A stretch of DNA of 64,000 bases, taken from Actinomycetota bacterium. GTDB lineage: Bacteria; Actinomycetota; Thermoleophilia; Gaiellales; Gaiellaceae. Location: assembly GCA_046727655.1 (NCBI GenBank), contig JBKPDB010000043.1, positions 111 through 64,110 of the forward strand, read 5' to 3'. Shown here piece by piece: positions 37,357-44,932 of this stretch. Each line of letters starts with the position of its first letter. The stretch's first letter is position 1. A model generated the notes under the pieces. It worked only from the letters and a program-made list of their open reading frames with translations. It ran no database searches and was not told where the DNA came from. Both the position numbers and the translations under genes were made by a program.

Positions 37357-38258
37357 TAGACTCGTTGTACCTGCTCGGCGTGTGACAGAACCAGCTCGAG
37401 CACCGCGTCGATCGTTTCCCGCATGTCGGGGCGGTCGATCACGGGAACCCCGTGTCGCCGTGCGCGCCGGACGATGAGGTCCTGGATCCGGCGTATGTCG
37501 TCGAGCCGGTCGATGTACTTGGCGTGCGGACGCAATCCCTCGTAGCCGGCCTCGCGGATAAGGAAGTGGGTGCTGTGGTCCTCCTCGTCGTCGATCGCGA
37601 GCACGCATTGCACGACCAACGCGCCCTCGATCGGCGGCAGCATCCCGGGCACGAGATGGACGCCCTCGAGCACCATCGACCAGCCTTCCTCCAGTGCGCG
37701 CTCGATCGATGCGCGGACGCCGACGAGCACGTTCCGCGTCTGCTCGAGGAAGCCGGCAATGACGGGATCCTCGGCGTGTTCCGGCTCGCGCAGCCCGGAC
37801 GACGCCTCGAAGCTCGAGTAGTGGATGGACGGCATGAACTCCTGTGAGAAGAATGCCCGCATCGTCTGGCGGACGAAGTCGGTCGAGGTCACGCGCGTGA
37901 TCCCCAGGCGATAGGCGGCTTCGGTTGCAACCGTCGACTTGCCGGTGCCGGTGGCGCCGCCGACCAGGACGATGAGCGGCAGGTCCAGCTCGTGCAGCTC
38001 GCGAAGGCTCCGCAGGCGCCGCACGGCCTCCGATCCCTCGGCCTCCCCCATCACGTCCACTGCGAGCTCCTCGACTCGCACCAGATCCGTGCCTTCCTCG
38101 CCGCGCTCGGAGAGGTCGGCCTCGATGCGCTTCGCCAGCTCGTACGCGCGGCCGAGCGGCACTCCGACCGCCACGAGCGCCCGCGCCATGAGGCCCTTCG
38201 AGTAGGGCTGGGCGGACGTCCCGAGCGGCAGCGGCTCGGAGTGACGGGGATGCGTCAT
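37356..38258 (-). CDS. 2-phosphoglycerate kinase (COG2074 type)
   Basis: 300 aa. N-terminal PYSKGLMARALVAVGVPLGRAYELAKRIEADL matches the 2PGK N-domain as I remember it. P-loop LVGGATGTGKSTVA. Its ATG overlaps the upstream stop (ATGA, 38255-38258). Confidence 0.75.
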   Translation of the reverse strand: MTHPRHSEPLPLGTSAQPYSKGLMARALVAVGVPLGRAYELAKRIEADLSERGEEGTDLVRVEELAVDVMGEAEGSEAVRRLRSLRELHELDLPLIVLVGGATGTGKSTVATEAAYRLGITRVTSTDFVRQTMRAFFSQEFMPSIHYSSFEASSGLREPEHAEDPVIAGFLEQTRNVLVGVRASIERALEEGWSMVLEGVHLVPGMLPPIEGALVVQCVLAIDDEEDHSTHFLIREAGYEGLRPHAKYIDRLDDIRRIQDLIVRRARRHGVPVIDRPDMRETIDAVLELVLSHAEQVQRV

Positions 38259-39451
38259 GCGCGCGCTCCTGCGGGGACGAGGCTCAGGATGGCATCGTCG
38301 AGGTCTGGCTCACCCTCGAGCGGTACCACGTCGTTCGCGGCGAAAACGACCTCGACTCCGCGCTCCTGAGCAGCCTCGGCGACGACGTCGATCGCCGCCG
38401 CCTTGAGCTCGACGAGGTAGACCTCGGCGTCGGAGCGCGCGAGATCCTCACGGAGCTTCGCGCGGTCGGCAAGGTTGCGGGAGACGGTCGTTACTTCCGC
38501 GTCGAGGTGCTCCGTCGGCGCCGGGCCCGTCGTGAACACGGCGACGCGTCGGCCGGCGACCGAAGTCATCGGACGCAGTCGCAGGTCGGCCTGCACGACC
38601 GGGATCTCCTTCAAGCGGCGGACCCGATCGCGATCGATGCGGCCGATGGAGACGAGGAGATCGGACACGAGCACGCGATACGCGTTCAGGTACGCCGTCG
38701 GGTCCTGCCCGCGGCCGGTGACGAGGATCCGCGCGTCGGTCTGCACCGGCGGGATCGCGGCCCCACTCCCATCGAAGACGACGACGTCGGGCTCCCGGTC
38801 GGCGGCGAGGGCGGCGCCCTCGAGCACGTTCGAGGATGTGACGGTGCCTGCAAGCCCACCTCCTGCACGGCGGCAGCCGATCGTCACGACGCCCGTCACC
38901 GCAGCCGTCTCCAGGTGGTCAGATGCAGCATGTTCTCCGGCGCGCGACAGCTCGACGAGCGACTCGACCGTCGGCTGCGCGTCCGCTGTGACGGGGTGTG
39001 CCGGCCCACCCCGGCCCATCGCGACGACGACGACGCTGCCGGTGCGAGAAAGCAGGCGCGCGACATGTCCCGTCACGGCGGTCTTGCCGACGCGTTTCCC
39101 CGTCCCGATCACTGCAATCGAGGGCAGCGGGAAGGCCGCGAACGCCGGTGCCTGGAAGTGAAAGTCCGCGCCTTCGTAGCGGAGACCGGCCGCCAGCACC
39201 CGGCTCGCCAGCAGTAACCGGTCCCGGGGCGCGAGCACGGGCTCGTCGGAGAGATCGACGACCACCTGGGCCTCGGCGAAGCCGTCCTCGAGGCCGGGCA
39301 GTAGCGGGACGCCGTAGTCCGGATCGTCACGGAGCTTCTCGGTGCCGCCGGCAAGCCATGCACCGACCACCTCGTACGGCAGCCCCGCGATCGCGTCGCG
39401 GACGACCGGCGGATAGTGCTCTCCGTCGATAATGACGAGCGCGGGAGTCAC
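38255..39451 (-). CDS. Cyclic 2,3-diphosphoglycerate synthetase (cDPGS)-like P-loop enzyme
   Basis: GTG 39451 overlaps the upstream stop (GTGA, 39448-39451). VTPALVIIDGEHYPPVVRDAI at the N-terminus, central P-loop VIGTGKRVGKTAV, about 398 aa. Adjacency to 2PGK supports the call. Family assignment is from memory and needs an HMM check. Confidence 0.7.
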   Translation of the reverse strand: MTPALVIIDGEHYPPVVRDAIAGLPYEVVGAWLAGGTEKLRDDPDYGVPLLPGLEDGFAEAQVVVDLSDEPVLAPRDRLLLASRVLAAGLRYEGADFHFQAPAFAAFPLPSIAVIGTGKRVGKTAVTGHVARLLSRTGSVVVVAMGRGGPAHPVTADAQPTVESLVELSRAGEHAASDHLETAAVTGVVTIGCRRAGGGLAGTVTSSNVLEGAALAADREPDVVVFDGSGAAIPPVQTDARILVTGRGQDPTAYLNAYRVLVSDLLVSIGRIDRDRVRRLKEIPVVQADLRLRPMTSVAGRRVAVFTTGPAPTEHLDAEVTTVSRNLADRAKLREDLARSDAEVYLVELKAAAIDVVAEAAQERGVEVVFAANDVVPLEGEPDLDDAILSLVPAGARA

Positions 39452-40251
39452 CGCCGGGACGTCACCTCCCCCTCGATCCGCGCCGTGTACTTCTCGAACT
39501 CGAGCGTGTCCACCGCGAACTGGATGATCCTCTCCTGGTCGTGGAACGGGTACTTGCGCCAGACGTCCACGTGCATGCCCGAGAACTCGATGACGTTGTA
39601 ACAGGGCCGCGTGTTGCCGCGCAGCCGCAGCGACGACACGGTCCCCGCGTTGACGATGAACAGGTTTTCCAGGCGCCACGCATACGGCACGTGCTTGTGC
39701 CCGGTCAGGACGAGGTTGACGCCGGCGCGCTGCAGGCATTCGATCGCGTCGCCGGCGTCGTAGATGATGTTCCGCTCACGCCCGGTGCCGGGGACCGGGA
39801 GCAGGTGGTGATGGCAGACGAAGATCCTGAGGTCTGCCGGCGTGGCGAAGCTCTCCTCGATCCATCCGTAGCGGCCGCGTCCGATCTGCCCGTGATCGAG
39901 GTCGGGCTCCGTCGAGTCGACGGCGACGACCGTCACGCCGTCGACCCGCATGACGGAGTTTCGGTCCCCGAAGAGCTGCTCGAAGTGGATGTAGCCGACG
40001 TTGCGCGAGTCGTGGTTGCCCGGTATGACGACGACGGATTCGCATTCGATCCGGTCGAGGTACTGCTTCGCGAGCGCGTATTCCTCCTTGAAGCCGAACG
40101 TCGTCAGGTCACCGGAGCAGATGACGATGTCCGGTTGAAGGTCGTTGACCTCCGTGATCGCACGCTCGAGGAGATTTGGCAAGAAGAACTGCGTCCCGCA
40201 ATGCAGATCGGAGATCTGGACGATGGTGCAGCGGCCGTCGCGCGTCGCCAT
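39448..40251 (-). CDS. Calcineurin-like metallophosphoesterase
   Basis: 267 aa with all MPE motifs: ISDLHCG, SGDLTTFG, IPGNHD, CHHHL, TGHKH. Confidence 0.85.
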   Translation of the reverse strand: MATRDGRCTIVQISDLHCGTQFFLPNLLERAITEVNDLQPDIVICSGDLTTFGFKEEYALAKQYLDRIECESVVVIPGNHDSRNVGYIHFEQLFGDRNSVMRVDGVTVVAVDSTEPDLDHGQIGRGRYGWIEESFATPADLRIFVCHHHLLPVPGTGRERNIIYDAGDAIECLQRAGVNLVLTGHKHVPYAWRLENLFIVNAGTVSSLRLRGNTRPCYNVIEFSGMHVDVWRKYPFHDQERIIQFAVDTLEFEKYTARIEGEVTSRR

Positions 40252-40306
40252 GCGCGAAGTCTAGGCGGCACAGAGACATCCGGACCGATTGCTACCCTGA
40301 TTCGAC

Positions 40307-40675
40307 GTGACGCTGGAAACCCCAAATTTCCAGGCATATCGTGGCAAGGAACCGCCCCGGTTCGCGAACCGAGCCGAGCTCGAGTGCGCAAAGGTCCTGG
40401 ACTACTACGGCGTTCCGTGGGAGTACGAGCCGACGACGTTCGTCCTCGAGGCCGATGAGGAGGGTCGCACCGTCGAGGCCTTCAAGCCTGACTTCTACTT
40501 GCCGGAGCAGGACCTGTACGTCGAGGTCACCGTCATGAAGCAGTCGCTCGTCACGCGCAAGAACCGCAAGCTGCGCAAGCTCCGCGAGCGCTACCCGGAC
40601 GTCCGCGTCAAGCTGTTCTACAAGCGCGACATCGAGCGCCTGGCGGAGCGATACCGGCTCGAGTTCGCGTCGTAG
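40307..40675 (+). CDS. Hypothetical small protein, possible PD-(D/E)xK nuclease-like fold
   Basis: 122 aa. AFKPDFYLPEQDLYVEVTVMK resembles the PDF(Y/L)L...(I/V)E core of restriction-endonuclease-like domains. Basic C-terminus. Weak, motif-only evidence. Confidence 0.4.
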   Translation: MTLETPNFQAYRGKEPPRFANRAELECAKVLDYYGVPWEYEPTTFVLEADEEGRTVEAFKPDFYLPEQDLYVEVTVMKQSLVTRKNRKLRKLRERYPDVRVKLFYKRDIERLAERYRLEFAS

Positions 40676-40782
40676 CTTCGGGCGCACAGCTCGGGGACGT
40701 CTACCTCTCCCGGGAGGAGCTTCGGAGGCGCGTCCACGAGCTCGGCCGAGAGATCGAGCGCGACTACGACGGACTCGAGCCG

Positions 40783-41226
40783 ATGCTCGTCGCGCCGCTC
40801 AAGGCAAGCCTCGTCTTCGTCGCCGACCTCTCGCGCGCGATCCGCATCCCGCACGAGCTGGACTTTCTCGAGCTCGCGAGCTACACCGCCAGCGCCGACA
40901 GGGGCGGCCACGCACGCGCCCGCTTGCTGAAGGACCTCGACGCGGAGATCGCCGGACGTCACGTCCTCATCGTCGAGGACGTGATCGACACGGGCCTGAC
41001 ACTGAACTACCTCTGCAAGACGCTTGGATTGCGCGAGCCGGCCTCGCTCGCCGCAGCGACGCTGCTCGACCGTCCCTACCGCCGGCTCGTCGACGACCTG
41101 CCGGTCCGCTACGTCGGCTTCACCGTCCCGGATGAGCTCTTCGTGGGATACGGCTTCGACTTGCAGGAGCGCCACCGGAACCTGCCTGACCTGCACGTCT
41201 TGCGCGGGTCGAACGCATCAACCTAG
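40783..41226 (+). CDS. hpt: Hypoxanthine(-guanine) phosphoribosyltransferase; coordinates from the first canonical ATG, but homology extends upstream to about 40693
   Basis: PRPP loop HVLIVEDVIDTGLTL, FVGYGFDLQERHRNLP. The in-frame upstream codons encode GDVYLSREELRRRVHELGREIERDYDG, which aligns with the E. coli Hpt N-terminus (IPEAEIKARIAELGRQITERY). No ATG/GTG/TTG exists there (see finding). Confidence 0.88.
   Translation: MLVAPLKASLVFVADLSRAIRIPHELDFLELASYTASADRGGHARARLLKDLDAEIAGRHVLIVEDVIDTGLTLNYLCKTLGLREPASLAAATLLDRPYRRLVDDLPVRYVGFTVPDELFVGYGFDLQERHRNLPDLHVLRGSNAST
41151..41202 (+). repeat. Direct repeat copy 1 (authentic hpt 3' end)
   Basis: 52 nt, of which 48 are identical to 41287-41338 by hand alignment. 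The first 32 nt are identical (cggcttcgacttgcaggagcgccaccggaacc). Confidence 0.85.
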
Positions 41227-41286
41227 ACGGATGCGCCGGCAAAGCCGGCACATCCTCTGTGGTCGGCATCGCAAGCGATGCCTTGG

Positions 41287-41338
41287 CGGCTTCGACTTGC
41301 AGGAGCGCCACCGGAACCCGCCTCACCGGCGCGTCTTG
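41287..41338 (+). repeat. Direct repeat copy 2 (duplicated hpt 3'-end fragment in the hpt-mntH spacer)
   Basis: See copy 1. It would encode GFDLQERHRNPPHRRVL. It is separated from copy 1 by 84 nt containing a GGCATCGCAAGCGATGCC hairpin. Confidence 0.85.
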
Positions 41339-41374
41339 GCCAAGAAAGTTAGGCGCGGCTAAACTTCAGGCAGG

Positions 41375-42661
41375 ATGATGGCCACCCGCGTGGAGGAAGT
41401 CCAGCGCCTGCCCGGCCAGGGCGAGCACGTGCTGCGAGGCAGCAACGACGCGCGGTGGCGCCTCCTCCCGTTCCTCGGCCCGGCATTCATCGCCTGCGTC
41501 GCATACATGGACCCGGGCAACTTCGCGACGAACATCGCGGGAGGCTCGAAGTTCGGCTTCATTCTCGTCTGGGTGATCGTCGCCTCGAATCTGATGGCGA
41601 TGCTGATCCAGACGCTCTCGGCGAAACTCGGGATCGCCACCGGTCGAAACCTCCCTGAGGTGTGCCGCGAGCGATTCTCGCGCAGGACGTCCATTGGCCT
41701 CTGGATCCAGGCCGAGGTGATCGCCATGGCGACGGACCTCGCCGAGTTCCTCGGGGCGGCACTCGGCATCAAGCTCCTGCTCGGGATCGGCCTGTTTCCG
41801 GCGGCGGTGATCACGGGCGTCATCACCTTCATGATCCTCGGGCTGCAGCGTTTCGGCTTCCGCCCGCTCGAAGCGGTGATCACGGCGTTCGTGTTCGTGA
41901 TCGGGATCTGCTACCTCGCCGAGCTCTGGCTCGCGCATCCGCCGCTCGGCACAGTCGCGAAACACGCCGTCGTGCCGGAGTTCGCCGGCAACGAATCCGT
42001 GCTGCTCGCGGTCGGGATCCTTGGCGCGACCGTGATGCCGCACGTCATCTACCTGCACTCCGCGCTGACGCAGCAGCGCATCGTGCCGCGTAACGACCAC
42101 GAGGCGAAGATCCTCTACAAGTACACGCGGATCGATGTGCTGATCGCGATGGTGATCGCAGGCCTGATCAACATGTCGATGCTCGTCGTCGCAGCCACCG
42201 TGTTCTTCGGCAGCGGCCTCACGGACGTGGACTCGCTCGAAGGCGCGCACCGGACACTCGAGCCGATCATCGGCGGCGCGTCGAGCGTCCTCTTCGCGCT
42301 CGCGCTGACCGCTTCCGGTCTCTCGAGTTCGACGGTTGGGACGATGTCCGGCCAGGTCGTCATGCAGGGATTCATCCGGCGACGAATTCCACTATTCGTG
42401 CGCCGGCTCGTGACGATGCTGCCGGCGTTCATTGTGATCGGAATCGGCCTCGACCCGTCGAGGACGCTCGTGTTCAGCCAGGTGGTGCTGTCCTTCGGGA
42501 TCCCCTTCGCGCTGATCCCCCTCGTGATCTTCACGAGCCGCCGCGACGTGATGGGCGTCCTCGTGAACCGGAAGGCAACGGTCGTCGCCGCGTCGGTCGT
42601 TGCGGCGCTGATCTCCGCCCTCAACGTCTTCCTGCTCGGACAGACCTTCGGCGTGACTTGA
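41375..42661 (+). CDS. mntH: Nramp-family divalent metal (Mn2+/Fe2+):proton symporter MntH
   Basis: 428 aa: LGPAFIACVAYMDPGNFATNI (DPGN motif), 11 TM, GATVMPHVIYLHSAL (MPH motif). Confidence 0.92.
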   Translation: MMATRVEEVQRLPGQGEHVLRGSNDARWRLLPFLGPAFIACVAYMDPGNFATNIAGGSKFGFILVWVIVASNLMAMLIQTLSAKLGIATGRNLPEVCRERFSRRTSIGLWIQAEVIAMATDLAEFLGAALGIKLLLGIGLFPAAVITGVITFMILGLQRFGFRPLEAVITAFVFVIGICYLAELWLAHPPLGTVAKHAVVPEFAGNESVLLAVGILGATVMPHVIYLHSALTQQRIVPRNDHEAKILYKYTRIDVLIAMVIAGLINMSMLVVAATVFFGSGLTDVDSLEGAHRTLEPIIGGASSVLFALALTASGLSSSTVGTMSGQVVMQGFIRRRIPLFVRRLVTMLPAFIVIGIGLDPSRTLVFSQVVLSFGIPFALIPLVIFTSRRDVMGVLVNRKATVVAASVVAALISALNVFLLGQTFGVT

Positions 42662-42674
42662 TCACGCGGGCCAG

Positions 42675-42695
42675 GTCCTGTGCCTGGCACCGGAC
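42675..42695. repeat. REP-like palindrome copy d: GTCCTGTGCCTGGCACCGGAC (extended near-perfect palindrome 42669-42701)
   Basis: GGCCAGGTCCTGTGCC-T-GGCACCGGACCTGGCC has a 16-nt arm with one mismatch. It starts 8 nt after the mntH stop. Confidence 0.8.
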
Positions 42696-42759
42696 CTGGC
42701 CCGAACAAACAGCCGGCCGCTCCGGGGGAGACGGCCGGCATCGTCGGGAGACGAATCGC

Positions 42760-42807
42760 GCGTACGCGGTCAACCCGTTTCCTCGAACCCGGCCGCGTAC
42801 GCTTTTT
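42760..42807 (+). terminator. Intrinsic terminator candidate for mntH: GCGTACGCGG ... CCGCGTACGC followed by TTTTT
   Basis: 10-bp perfect stem (42760-42769 / 42793-42802), an unusually long 23-nt loop, and a T5 run at 42803-42807. A T-run is rare in this GC-rich window. Confidence 0.55.
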
Positions 42808-42855
42808 ACAAGCTAGAAACGCCGTGCAATGCGATCCGGATACGGCCGGCCCGGC

Positions 42856-44019
42856 TCAGAGGTAGCCAAGCGGGTCCACTGGGGCCCCGTTGATCCGGAC
42901 CTCGAAGTGGAGATGCGCCCCGAAGCTGTGCCCCGTGCTGCCCACGTACCCGATCACCTGGCCCTGGGACACCTGCGCGCCCGCCGAGACGGCGTACGAG
43001 GACTGGTGCGCGTAGCACGTGGCCAGCCCGCCGCCGTGGTCGATGCAGGTGTAGTTGCCGTAGCCGCCTGTCCAACCTGCCAGCACCACGGTTCCCGCCG
43101 CGGCGGCATGGATCGGCGTGCCATAGCCGACACCGATGTCGATGCCCGCGTGCAACCGCCCCCAGCGATAGCCGAACGGGCTCGTCACCGGGCCGTTCAC
43201 GGGCCAGATGAGGCCGTGCGCGGACGGCGTCGTGTCCGTCGAACCGGACGACGCACGTGCCGTCTGTGCTGCCGCGAGCTGCGCACGAATGCGCGCATCC
43301 TCGGCGGCGAGGGCGTTGGCCTCCGCGATCATGACCGCCTTCTGCTCTCGCGTAGACGCGAGAGTGTTGCGCTGCCTGACGCGCTTCCCCGCGAGGCCGC
43401 GCTTCGAGGCGAGGAGCTCGATCCTGGCGATCCGCTGCTGTTGCGTCCGCACGGCGATCACCTGCGTCTCGGAACGGACGCGGGTACGCACCTCCTTGGT
43501 GCGCTCTCGCGCGACGCGGACGCGATCCCGCGCAGTGCCGACCGACCTCGCGATGTGCTTGTCCTGCTCCGCGATCGCCTCGAGGTAATGGATCCGATCG
43601 AGCGCGTCCTGCAGTGAGTGGGATTCGATGATCACATCCAGGAGCGTGGGATCGCGCGTCTCGTAGATATCGATCATCCGGACGTTCAGCTCGCGGACGA
43701 CCCGCGCGTACTCCCGGCGCAGAAACGCCAGCCGGTCCGACTGGAGAGCGAAGAGCTCGGTCAGGTGCTCGAGGCGTCGACGGTGCAGCTCGAGGTCCCG
43801 CTCGAGCACGGACAGCCTCTGGGAGACGTCGCCGACCCGCGCCTCGAGCTCCCGGATCTCGGACGTGATGTCCGTGATCTGGGCGCTGAGGTGAGACTCT
43901 TTCACCCGGGCGGCGGCGATCCTCTGGTGAAGCTCGCTGATCTTGCCGCTGTTGTCGCCGGCCGCGGGCGCGGCGAACACGAGCACGGCAGCGAGGACGA
44001 CGGCCAGTCTCCGGGCCAT
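42856..44019 (-). CDS. M23-family peptidoglycan DD-metalloendopeptidase with N-terminal coiled coil (EnvC-like architecture)
   Basis: Signal peptide, a ~250 aa coiled coil, and a C-terminal LytM domain: GRLHAGIDIGVGYGTPIHAAAAGTV...GGYGNYTCIDHGGGLATCYAHQS...VGSTGHSFGAHLHFEVRINGAPVDP. Confidence 0.88.
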   Translation of the reverse strand: MARRLAVVLAAVLVFAAPAAGDNSGKISELHQRIAAARVKESHLSAQITDITSEIRELEARVGDVSQRLSVLERDLELHRRRLEHLTELFALQSDRLAFLRREYARVVRELNVRMIDIYETRDPTLLDVIIESHSLQDALDRIHYLEAIAEQDKHIARSVGTARDRVRVARERTKEVRTRVRSETQVIAVRTQQQRIARIELLASKRGLAGKRVRQRNTLASTREQKAVMIAEANALAAEDARIRAQLAAAQTARASSGSTDTTPSAHGLIWPVNGPVTSPFGYRWGRLHAGIDIGVGYGTPIHAAAAGTVVLAGWTGGYGNYTCIDHGGGLATCYAHQSSYAVSAGAQVSQGQVIGYVGSTGHSFGAHLHFEVRINGAPVDPLGYL

Positions 44020-44071
44020 GGCGGAAGCTTCGGCAGGGCGTCGGATGTCCCTGCCGCGCTAGGCCGTGCGC

Positions 44072-44932
44072 CTAGCGGTGCCGTTCTCCTTCAGGTGCTT
44101 CCGGCCCGGGCTCCGGTATCACCGCCGGGCCCGGCTCCGGGATGATCGCCGGCTGCGGCGGCGTGCCCTCGTCCGGCGGCGGGTAGGGCTCGGGGATCCT
44201 CGCGGGCTCCGGCGTGACCGGCTGTCCGGGGGAGGGCTGTTCGGGCGTATCGGGCACCTCGACCATCTCGGTGGGGCGCACCTCGAGACGCCGTTGCGTC
44301 ATGCGCTCGTGCGCCTCGGCCACCACTGCCCTCATCTGCTCCTCCTTCTCTGCCGCAAGCTCGTCGAGCTCTTTTACCTGCTCGCGGGCATTTTCGGCCG
44401 CTCGGTCGTCCCCACGGTACACGGCTTCGCCGAAGTCCGACAGGAGCCGCCGCCGGGCGTTTCCCAGGCGTTGGACCTCTCGGCGGAGGACGATGAGCCG
44501 CCCGGTCGCCCGTCCGCGGGTGGCGACCGAGTCCGCGGCCACCCCCGCCCGAGCCCGTACGCCTCCGAGCGCGTCACCGCTCGTCCGGGCCACCGCCGCG
44601 CCGGGTCCCGAGCCGCGCCGTGCGGCCTCCAGATACACAACCAGGAGGAGCAGGCCGACACCGAGCAAGATCAGCCCGACGGGCCAGTGTCCCGTGACCA
44701 GCAGGTAGATCGCGAGCGCCAGTGCGGCCGCCGCGAGCACGAGCACGAGCGTCGCGGGCGCGACGCCGTAGTAGCGCGGCTCCGCGCGGGCGTAGTTCAC
44801 CGGCACCGTGCCGGTCTCGTCCGTCGGTAAGTCCAGGCCCTCCGTTAGGCCGTCCGACGACGGATGCCCACACTGCGGGCAGTACCGGCTCGTGTCCGGA
44901 AGCCCGGCGCCGCAGTTTTGGCAGCTAGCCAC
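44072..44932 (-). CDS. Zinc-ribbon membrane protein, hypothetical
   Basis: N-terminal CQNCG.......YCPQCG ribbon, two TM segments, a coiled-coil segment and a Pro-rich tail (PEPGPAVIPEPGP). Confidence 0.5.
   Translation of the reverse strand: MASCQNCGAGLPDTSRYCPQCGHPSSDGLTEGLDLPTDETGTVPVNYARAEPRYYGVAPATLVLVLAAAALALAIYLLVTGHWPVGLILLGVGLLLLVVYLEAARRGSGPGAAVARTSGDALGGVRARAGVAADSVATRGRATGRLIVLRREVQRLGNARRRLLSDFGEAVYRGDDRAAENAREQVKELDELAAEKEEQMRAVVAEAHERMTQRRLEVRPTEMVEVPDTPEQPSPGQPVTPEPARIPEPYPPPDEGTPPQPAIIPEPGPAVIPEPGPEAPEGERHR

Noticed and set aside
41203-41286. Integrated mobile element between the hpt 3'-end direct repeats
   Set aside because: Only 84 nt lie between the repeats, and no integrase or excisionase is nearby. 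At most this is a scar of a past event, so it is reported as a repeat and not as a mobile element.
41227-41374. Mn2+ (yybP-ykoY) riboswitch upstream of mntH
   Set aside because: I could not find the conserved four-way-junction sequence features of that riboswitch. The region is largely explained by the duplicated hpt 3' end and simple hairpins. An Infernal scan would be decisive.
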